This document shows, in pieces, positions 52,809-64,000 of a stretch of DNA of 64,000 nucleotides (position 1 is the first letter of the stretch; each line of letters begins with the position of its first letter). The translations under genes and the position numbers were made by a program. The stretch spans positions 75,144,001 to 75,208,000 of the forward strand of contig OX597828.1 of assembly GCA_951406725.2 (NCBI GenBank), written 5' to 3'. This stretch comes from Octopus vulgaris (Eukaryota). Below the pieces are notes generated by a model that saw only the letters and a program-made list of their open reading frames with translations, had not been told where the DNA came from and made no database searches.

Positions 52809-55033
52809 AACTGTTAAATCTTTTCTCTGGTTGATTCTACATCCTATATTTGCTTTCCTGTCTCGCTGTATGTAACAACTTTTATTTTTGTTCATATTTT
52901 TCATAGATTTCTTCTCTGTGTTTTCTCTATTGATTTCGGTATCGGCTGCTTCAGTTGCTACACGGACGGGGCTGTAGAATAAATTGGCTGATTTATACCA
53001 CTGATATTTGTCAATTCATTTTGCCTTGTCATTATTTATCGTCTGTCTTTACCTCGCTTCATTAATGCTATGCTTTTTAACATTACGTAAATGTCTTGCT
53101 ATAGTTTCGTATTCAATGACGTTTTGATCACGTGAGACGTGATAACTACACCTACACACACACAGACACACACACACATATATATATGTATACACACATG
53201 TATATATATATAGATATATATGCTCACATAATATATTTGTACACATATGTATGCATACATACATACTTTATATATACATCATCCACGCACTATAACAAAT
53301 CACTATGAAATGCTGATGTTCCTGCCTTATTAGCACCGCTTTACAATTAGACAAACTGTGGCAAATGTTGGCTATTGACGAGTATAATATTAGATTGGGA
53401 CAGAAATCTTAGCCCTGTCAACATGGCTTTCTACAGTAATCTTATCTAGAGATAAAGAGTGAGCTTTTAAATGGTCCTTAAGTTTTCTAGAATTAGCAGC
53501 AAAATCTTCTTCAGATTACACTTGTGCATCTTAAATAAAGGACACTTGTGTATACCGGATAATGTAGTTCTAGATACATTACACGTTAAACAAAGAACGG
53601 GTGATCATGGATGGGGCGTCTTTAATTTACTGAATTAGGGCTGACCAAGGGATGAATAGCAACAACATTAGTAACGAAGTGTGGTGCTTAGATATTGGTC
53701 AAATGTACGAGAAATTGTTGGTAGTGGGCTGGTTGTCAAAATGTATTTACTGCCCCGAAACTCTATTACGATCCGCAATGGACAGAGTATGCATCTACAC
53801 CATTATATATTTATTAATCTCCACTCTGGTTTCAGCGCTATGTATAAATATGTTTTGTTTGACCATTTGATCATTTACTTCCCGGAAGTTTATTCATTTT
53901 AATCAGCCATTAATGTTCTCTCGCTTCATTCATTAGCATAGGCCCTTAGAAATACCGGACTGGTGCCCAGCCTGTTGGAAAATCATTGGGAGTGATTTAA
54001 CGCTTTCGTTAAAGAATGTATCTAAAACTGGTTTGAAATCCAGGTTACATCTTCTCGGACAATCGGTGGAGAATTGGTCAGCGAAACCTCTGCGACGGTT
54101 GTCAGTTGACAGCAAGATGAGCTGTGACGGACCACACTATCCCAAATTGTGTATGTATATGACCAGGAACCACATGTGAACTTGTATTCCTATTGAAACT
54201 CCGAACATGAATTACTCGTTGGTCGGAGCTGGCACAACCCACCTCGGGGGAATGCCGCCGTAAGTACAAGTAAGTACTCGCTTCATTCAGAACAGAAGAT
54301 CTAATTTGTTTTATGAAATCGTTAACTACTGTTACTGACCCCAGATGTGAGCAAAATTACATTTACCTTGACCAGCTGCCCATCACTATTAAAACTGCAA
54401 CTATAATTATTTTCATTAGATACAAATTACCAGTTAATGACGTGAATGTCACAAGTGGTCTACAACATGGCTTGACCATCAGACAGTTGTCTGTTAAAGC
54501 TCTCTGTCTGATTCTCAAACTCGAGAGACGTCCAATTAGAACGGCGTGTTTTCCTTTTCCCACCACGCTATTTGAATGTAGAAGGAGAAATCAGTGGCTG
54601 TGCTGAAAGAGGTGAGAGAGATAGAAAATATTACAAAAGGGGCCTTGGATTAGATAGACAGTGACTGAAAGTGAGAGAGAGAGAGACAGAAAAATAACCA
54701 AGTAACCAAGTGAGACAGACAGTCAGGCGAGAAGATTGAAATATGAGGAAAAAAAGAGTACAAAGAGAGGAAAGACAGAACTCTATATTAAGGGGAAAGA
54801 AGAGCCAGAAACAAGGGTTGGGTAAAAAGAGTGAAAAGGAAAATAGAAATTGGTCTTTCACTTGTATATACGTATGCATGTTTATATAAGTATGTGCATG
54901 AATGTGTGTGTGTGTTGATGTACATGCTTATGAATATACATGTGTACACATACACACATGTTGTCAACTAGAGCGGAAAAGAGTGCTTCATCAGTGAGAC
55001 AAAGAAGTCGATGGCGAGATTGATAGAGAACGT

Positions 55034-55101
<68 letters not shown>

Positions 55102-56019
55102 AATGGACACATACATGAAAACACACACACATATATATATGTTGATAGATTGGTAGACAGAGAGGGCAGGGGAAAGAGATTCTAAGGAAAGAAGTGGGAG
55201 GGAGCATCATCCATTAAATGAGCGTATTCTGTCACACTTGTCTATATACCCCCCACCACCGCCAATCTATAGACCATTTGAAGAAAAGCCACGAGAGTCG
55301 GTTGCTCTGGAGGTAAGCAACATAACTTTGACAGAACGAGTCTCTCCAAGAGCAAACAGATTGTTTTTGGTGCCAGTTCAGTCAATGACTGACGAAATCA
55401 ATGATCAAAAACATTCAAACTGTAGCCATCCAGTTTTTTAGGGTCTATCTGGAACAACATTACGTAATGTGGCACTATTTCTTTTAATTACAAGACTAAT
55501 GTTTAATAAGTTCGTAGTTAGAGGAAGATTTGAACTATTTCGAGCAGGTCGCAGCCATAAAAAAATGTCTTTCGTTCGTCCTTTAACTACGTAAGTACGC
55601 CACTGTGGTACTTTCCATTAATTCCTGTAAATATCGACGGCAGTTGTGGAACACATGAATTTCGTTGCCTCAGTAGAAACGAAATTACATTGCTTTAGTA
55701 GAACGAAATCTTGCATTGTAACGGTTTGTTAATCTAAAACGGAAGGTTATCTTTTTTTCTTCGTCAAACTACAGAGGGACTTGACATGAGCGCTGACGAC
55801 GCAAAAGTATTTTCCTTCAGATTTAGAAGAAAAATAACAAAACAAAAAGCCCACCAAAAAATTAAAAAGAACCCCCAACCCCTAAAAACCCGAAACAAAA
55901 CAAAAGACTACAAAAATAAGAACTTAAATATGGGATCCATTGTAGTTTAACGGAACTTTTAATCATAACCAAAATAAATAAAAGCAACTGAATGAAAACG
56001 AAACAACAACAACAACAAC

Positions 56020-56068
<49 letters not shown>

Positions 56069-57034
56069 GTAATAATAATAATAATAATATACAATATATA
56101 GATCAAACATCAAAACAAAGTGCAGATATTACAAAGAGATTTGGAGAAAGATTACACAAACAGACAGGAAATTAATTTAATGTAAAATATTACGGCAGCA
56201 ATCGAGTTTTTTTTTCCGACACTTTTTTCAAAGGCAGCAAAACCTATTTGTGTGTGTGTGTGTGTGTGTTTGTGTGTGCGTGCGCCATTTTGTATGCATA
56301 AGTATATGTGTTTTCTTTGTAAGCATACACGCACGCATTTGATCATAAAGCGATCCTATTTCTATCCATAGCATGGTACTTAATAACATGCTTATCCTGT
56401 TTCTAAATATTTGCATTTCCCGATATATAATGTATGTATGTGTGTGTGTGTAAGAGAAAGTCAAGATACAAGTATCAGAGTGTAAATATATTCATTCCAT
56501 GCTTTTGATATTTACCCTCAAAGAGGGGTCTTCTTATGGGTCGTCTCACAGTTTCTTGACCGCTTTCCAAAGAAGAAGTATCCGGTTTCCTTCCTTCGAT
56601 CAAAACGCGGAATATTCAGCTGCTACAAACACACACGTATGCCACCCGCCTCCACAGAGGATGCGTTTCCATACATTTCTTTCATATAAGTTTCTGTTGA
56701 AGACATTTGCTCAAAGTGTCAGGCAATGGAATCGAACTAAAAAACACGTGCATATTCAATTTTCAAAATATCAGTTTTATATATAACAGATGGAGTGTGG
56801 TTCACTACAGCTGTTTCAAACGTGTTTTTCATTGATGAACAGAAGTGTTATATCACGCTAAAAGCACTCCCCTCCTTTCATCAGGTGAATACAAGTAACA
56901 ATTAACAATTAGAACTTCTCAATAACAAAGATACAGTTCCAAATGACTTGACCGTGTAAAATTCGGTCAGAGTCAATTATATCGGAACCTCTGGGTCTGG
57001 AGTCTATAAATGGCGGTGCAATAAGTGCAGTAAG

Positions 57035-57164
57035 CCGGATACTTATTCTATCGGTCTCTTCTGCCAAACCACTAAGTTACGGGGACGTAAACACACCAAA
57101 ATCGGTTGTCAAACGATGGTGGTGGTGGTGGAAAACACAGACACAAAGCCACACACAAATATAA

Positions 57165-57220
<56 letters not shown>

Positions 57221-57382
57221 GCGGGTTTCTTTTAGTTTCCATCAACCAAATCCACTCCAGAGGCATTGGTCAGTCTGTGGCTATATTAGACGACACTTGA
57301 CCAAGGTGCCACACAGTGGGACTGAACCCGAAACCATGTGGTTGGGAAGCAAGCTTCTTACCACACAGCCACGCCTACACCT
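57035..57382 (-). mobile_element. SINE family B
   Basis: Homologous to 9935-10320, including the internal (TA)n. Confidence 0.88.
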
Positions 57383-57893
57383 ATATGTATATATATTTGA
57401 TATACAACAATACGCACGCGCGTATCCATCCATCCATCTATTTATCCATACACACACACACAGTTATGCAAAATATTTATACATGCACATATGATATTAA
57501 AGTGCCTGCCACTGTGAATACCGGTTGGTTGAGTTGTGTTGTTCCTTTATTTCAAGGGGCAACTTGACCTTTTGCAGGGATAACTACAGGAATGAAATTT
57601 GTCTTGGGTCAATGAACAAAGTAGCCGTGAAGGCAGTGTTCGAACAAGCCGCAGGGAATGATCGATCTCAATGAATAAAATTATGAGAGAGGGAGGGAAA
57701 GGGAGGGAGAGGGAGGGAGAAAGAGAGAGAGAGAGTGAGAAATAGAGAGAAAGATGCTGTAATGAGAAGTAGTCCTGTGGCTTGACGAATCCTGTCAAAC
57801 TGCCGAACCCATGCCAGCATGGAAAACGTACGTTAAATGACGATGATTAAGATATATATATACAGTTAGGTAGGCATGTACATACGTTACATA

Positions 57894-57939
<46 letters not shown>

Positions 57940-58092
57940 AGCACACTGTATAACACACATCATCATCGACATTTAACGTCCACTTTTCCATGCTTGCATG
58001 GGTCGGATGGAATTTGTTGAGGTACAACTGCTTCCTTGTAAGGTAATATTTTCTCATAGCTAGACATGATTTTACACATAAACAACACACAG

Positions 58093-58141
<49 letters not shown>

Positions 58142-58172
58142 CACACATATAAATATACAAATACACACAGAG

Positions 58173-58238
<66 letters not shown>

Positions 58239-58868
58239 GTATATATATGCAATTCGTTCATATACGCGAACATACGTACATTATATACATAAATACATAC
58301 TTCTACACATACACAACGCATATATATATAAACATATACACAAATCTACATACACCCATACACAGCGATTGTATATGTGTGTGTGTATAGGCATTATGAA
58401 GTTCACATTTATGTTTGTTCTTCTTTTGGTATTGGTGGCGGGGGGTGGGGGGAGAGCATTGGTCAAAGTAAGAACATGATACAAAAGTCGAAAATGATGG
58501 AGTTTAAACGTGGGAAGCAATTGTGAGACGTAATTGTGTTCAATTACGAAGCTAAGTTTATCGAGGCTTGAATGCTTCGATTGGCTCATAATCAAAGGTA
58601 ACCGAACGGATGATGAATGAGGTTTGTGTAACTAGTGGCGCCCCACACTGGGAAAAGACAATTAAAAAATTGTATGTTGTATGTGTGTGTGTGTGTATGC
58701 ATATATCTACACGGTGGCCAGTTCTTCTGGACAACCCGAATATATTACTGCACTCAACATTAGTATTAAGTACTTTTCCGGATTGTTATCCAATAAGGTA
58801 TGTATGTATATATATATGCATATATATATATATGCGCGCCACGCGTGTATGTGTACACACATACACAT

Positions 58869-58914
<46 letters not shown>

Positions 58915-58937
58915 TTAGACGTATACATAAATAATAG

Positions 58938-58976
<39 letters not shown>

Positions 58977-59369
58977 ATTATACTTACACAAACATATAAC
59001 ACACTGTAGAATCTCTTTACTGCATTCTTTCCAGAAAAAGTGCGACGTCTAACAATATTTAATTGTTCACAAATCCGTAGGTTCCATCAACACACAAATA
59101 CGCAGACATCGAAAGAGAAAAACACATGTGCAAAGGTGTACAGACACACACACACATGGAGAAATAAATTAAACTCACCCCCCCCCCAATGCTAAATTCT
59201 AAAAGCTATGAAACGGTTGAATCCAAGACCGGAAACCACTGCAAAGCAATTACGTCTATTGAAATCCCCCAAACATTTGCCGGATGACAGTTAATCCCAG
59301 TTTAGATGACCCATCGTCTCAATATGGATTACTGGATTACTGGATTAATCAATTAAGGTTTTGCATTTA

Positions 59370-60036
59370 TTCTTTTACTGGTTTCAGTCATTTGGTGCAA
59401 GAGCGTCGTCTTAAAGGATTTTTAGTAGAAGAAATCGACTCCAGGAGTTATTCATTGTAAGCATAGTTCTTATTCCATCGGTCTCTTTTTGCCGAACTAC
59501 TAGGTTACCGCATTTTTCCCATTAAAGAACGGTATCTAAGAAGATTTAATCGTACACAGACACGCAGACATCGAAAGATAAAAACGCATGTGCGAGAGTG
59601 TACATACGCACATACACATGCACAAACACACGCTTACACACTCACGTGGAGAAATGAATAAAATTCCCATGATGAACTATAAAGCTATGAAAGACTTCTA
59701 AAGATACCATCATCGGTTATCAGGTGATAGCAGGGGAACAAATACACACACACACACACACATACACACACACACGACAGTTTCCGTCTGCCAAATCCAC
59801 TCTCAGGGCTTTGATCGGCTCGAGGCTAAAGTAGAAGACACATGCTCAAGGTACCACGCAATGGGACTGAACTTGGAACCATGTGGCTGGAAAGCAAGAT
59901 TCTTACCACACGACCACGGTTTATCTTTTATTCGTTATTTGTTTCAGGTTTTGGATTGCGACCATATTGGTTTAAGGGGTTTAGTCGAACAAATCGACCC
60001 CGAAACGTTTTAAAAGTCTGGTAATTAATCTTTTGG

Positions 60037-60069
<33 letters not shown>

Positions 60070-60240
60070 TACACACACACACACATGCATGACGGGCTTC
60101 CTTCACTTTACGTCTACCAAATCTTCTCACATAGTTTTGGTCAGACTGAAGCTATAGTAGAAGACACTTGCCCAAGATACCACGCTGTAGGGCTGAACCC
60201 ACAACCGTGTGGTTACGAAGCAAATTTGTTACCAGATTGC
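59370..60240 (-). mobile_element. Two SINE family B copies, the first interrupted by a local duplication
   Basis: Heads at about 59830-59918 and 60150-60240; bodies match 9935-10320. Confidence 0.8.
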
Positions 60241-60769
60241 CACAAAACCTTGCGTTGAAACAGAAACTGGTTGTTGTACTCTTTGGACGGTCATTTTACC
60301 AACACACACACACGCACTCGTTGTAGTTCACTTCTCCGTTGTTATTTAATTTTATTACAAATAAAAGTTTTGGCCAAAACCAGTTGGCAAGTTTCTATTG
60401 GCAGAATGACACACAAAGTACACAGAGCACCACATTAGCAGTGATTAAAATCATTGATACCACAAGGTTGTATTGCAGATAGAGAGGCTGACGTTCAATT
60501 GCTGTTGCCTGGGAGAGTGAGCTAGCTTAAATATTAGAACTGACGAACATTAGAAATTTACTTGTTAAAGGACCAAAATCCGAAGCAGATACGGAGGCTG
60601 GGATTACAGTTCTGAGTAAGATTGATGTTTAAACTAGATTATTTCAAGGAGATTAGGGAATTTTTAAAAATTCAAATTCCGACCAATTCAATGTTTCAGC
60701 TTGAAGAGAAGAAGCTTGAGTCGCATCATGATTGACATCCGTTTATACAGACACTAACACACAAACACA

Positions 60770-60827
<58 letters not shown>

Positions 60828-60831
<4 letters not shown>

Positions 60832-61030
60832 GTAGGAAGAAATGGAGCTGAACGAAGATTTAACAAAATTCCTTTTTATTATTTTCTACATATGTTTCGA
60901 AGGCTGCAAAGTCCCTAATTCGGATTGAATAAGGAGTCCACTTTGCAGCCTTCTCTTCAGGAAAATCCAGGAACTTAATTGTCCAACAAAATCTCCGTAA
61001 TAAGATAATTCATTTATCTACTTCAATAAC
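60828..61030 (-). mobile_element. Element of about 200 bp inside (TA)n carrying a hammerhead
   Basis: Sharp borders with (TA)n on both sides; hammerhead at 60881-60966. Confidence 0.8.
60881..60966 (-). ncRNA. Type I hammerhead ribozyme motif with intact core
   Basis: attttc-CTGAAGA-gaaggctgcaaagt...actttgcagccttc-GAAA-C-atat-GTA-gaaaat: 6 bp stem I, perfect 14 bp stem II, GUA triplet. Confidence 0.88.
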
Positions 61031-61070
<40 letters not shown>

Positions 61071-62499
61071 CATATATCACTATATATATATGCATATATT
61101 TATGCGTGTGTGTGTATGCATGTGTGTGTGTGTGTATATATATATATACATATACATATATATATATGTATATATGAATATGTGTGTATATATATGTGTG
61201 TGTGTGCGAATATATATATGTGCGTGAATATATGTGTGTGTATATATGTGTGTGTATGTATATGTACATATATGTATGTATATATATATGTGCGTGTGTG
61301 TAGGTATATATATATATACACTCAAACACACGCAAAAACACAGCAATTCAAACACACACACTTTGTCCCTTTGCTCTCCCTTGATCTATGCATTCCTCCC
61401 CACTCTCTTACACACACACATACACACACTCACACACACGCACACGCTGTTAATTGCCATGTAGCGTGCTAAAAGACTCCTAGTATCTCAGTCGCAAAAC
61501 ATGATTATGTCCGAAGACTCTCACACACACACAAACACACACAGAAGGACACTCAAATTAATCTCCATGTAGCGTGCCACATGTTTCCCGGTTTCACCGT
61601 TACAAAACATGAAAGCTATCGACTTGTCCAAATTAACTTTATGGCCGCCAGTTGCAAGGTGGGGCAAAGAAAGATGGTGGGGTAGGTGGAAGTGAGGAAG
61701 TATTCGGAGGCAAGGGCAGCAGAGATGCGTCGGTGTGTGTGTGTATTTCTATGTATGTATGTATGTATGTATGTATGTATATATGCATGTATCTACTTTT
61801 GCACGCGTACACGCACACATATACAACTATATTGAAGTGTGATTGTTGGAGAGAGGGAGAGAGAGAAAGAGAGAGAGAGAAAGAGAGAAATAGAAATATA
61901 GTTATCTGCTTTGTTGTATTACATAGGAAGATAGAAATTTGGAGAGCAAAATAACGAAAGAGAGGGAGAGAAGAGAGAGAGAGGTGGAGAGAAAGGAGGA
62001 GGATGTAAATGAGAAAGAAAGAGCATTTACTTACAAACTTGTGTCTGTGTGTGTCCCCCCACGTGCCTGTGGGCGCGTGAGTGCGTGCGCATATACGGAG
62101 TATTTGTAATGAGTAATGCTGAGCTGTGAACCAGCAGTGTATTCAACATAGGAAAGTAGATACAGTCAGCTTTGATATACAAAAATACACAAATATATTT
62201 GACAGCAATACACACACACACACACACACACAGAACTATTATATATATATATATGTATGTGTGTGTGTATTCACACATATTTGTAATATATGTAAGCATA
62301 CATATATAAGTAATGAAGATGAAAAAAAGAAAAAAGATAAAAGTACTCAATACACAAGTTGTGTGTCATTATTATTGTTTTTGGTAGTCCTGAGATTACT
62401 GTCAGTTTGGCGAATTGCTTTTCATGCAACGTGAAAAGAATCACTCATGAAACTCGGAGTTGGAACAGATAGTCATCTCTATACACACATACACGCGCG

Positions 62500-62553
<54 letters not shown>

Positions 62554-63129
62554 ATATTTATGTGTGTGTATGTGTATGTTTACAGGCATATATGTTTGTA
62601 TATAAATATATATCTCTGCGTACCCCCCCGCCCCCACATATACATAGTTTTGAGAAGAGAGGATGTGTGTGTGTGTGGTGGGGGTAAATAATGTTAAAAA
62701 TGAAGGCGGAGGTGTATGTTCTGGTATATACATAAAATGTGCCAGCTTCGATTCTCATAAATAAGGAAATTACCTCGTAAAACATGATTGCAGATGTGTG
62801 TATATATAGCTCTGCGCATACATCGAATTTGTCAATGCATAGATATATACAAATACAAATATACAAACGCCCACAAATACACAAACACACACATATAAAA
62901 GTGTAAATACGCAGATAGGTACACACAAAAATATATATCATAGAAATATACGTAGCTAAAAATCATCTACAATATATGTATTTACCTATGTATGCATATA
63001 ATATATATATATATATATATATATTATATACATATATACCTTTATGTATGCACATATATGTTTTACATGTTAAAATGCACATACACACATATACATTGAC
63101 ACGCACATATATATACATACATGTGTGTA

Positions 63130-63197
<68 letters not shown>

Positions 63198-63355
63198 CAT
63201 CTGTATTTGTTTAAATATGCTTCTCCAAATACAAAACAAAGGAATTTCCATTTAATTGTGACTGTGTGTGGTTTGTGAGTGTATAAATGTATACACCCAC
63301 TGCTTGTTTTGCAGCTTTTGGAATATGTAATTGATTCAGTTTATACACACACACA

Positions 63356-63405
<50 letters not shown>

Positions 63406-64000
63406 GTGTGTATCTATTTCTCTGACGTAAATATATATATATATATATTTATACACACACAAGTATACATCTCTTTCTATATATAGATGGATATCGAAAG
63501 CGCTGATCACAAGCCAATATGCTAATTCAGTCTCTGGCATAGCACATGTACTTATGAGGCATTTTTTTAAATGATAGTTAACCATTTCCAGTATTGCTTC
63601 TTCTATAAAAAGTCTAGCAACTCACATAAAAAAGTGCGATACAAAAATATTTTGGAATATTCGCGAAAGATGTATAGTTGCGATACAAACAGTATCATTT
63701 GATATAAAAAAACTTGGATTCATTCTAGATAAGATTTTAAACACTGTATTTGTAGGATGCCGAGTAACTGTTGCTTGGCGCATTTCTTTGTATTTAGTTT
63801 GGAGTTGTGGGTGTATGTGAGTGTGATTCAATGTCAAAATAAATGAATATATTTTGTTTATATGAATGTTTGTCAATGTACACATGCATTTTTCATATGC
63901 ATAACGCTTGTAATATTTACAATATATATATACATAGTGATTCTATGTATATGACATGTCGAAAAATATAATTAAGTTAATGACGTAGTTATTTACTGCG

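Noticed and set aside
54968-54995. Minus-strand CTGATGA with a short stem
   Set aside because: GAAA core is missing
57808-58005. Inverted repeat around a (CA)n tract
   Set aside because: Two tail-to-tail copies of a common (GAT)n-tailed repeat, not one element

Overview
AT-rich, microsatellite-saturated eukaryotic non-coding DNA. The repeat repertoire points to a coleoid cephalopod, probably Octopus; this is my inference, not a database result. No intact host protein-coding gene is supported, and almost all listed ORFs are translations of (TA)n, (CA)n, (GAT)n or (AAT)n repeats. The window contains many copies of several tRNA-derived SINE families, a 5'-truncated R4/Dong-type LINE inside (AAT)n, an RTE 3' fragment, a pogo/Tigger transposase fossil interrupted by a TTAA-flanked insert, and mariner, Tigger, hAT and Helentron-type non-autonomous elements. 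The most notable signal is a set of short elements, mostly inside (TA)n tracts, that carry type I hammerhead ribozyme motifs and/or long fold-back inverted repeats, as expected of Penelope-like element (PLE) or retrozyme derivatives. One of them (16520-16934) fuses a tRNA-like Pol III head to a hammerhead tail and has an inverted tail copy upstream, making it a candidate ribozyme-bearing, PLE-mobilised SINE. Repeat boundaries were read by eye and are approximate unless TIRs or TSDs are quoted.
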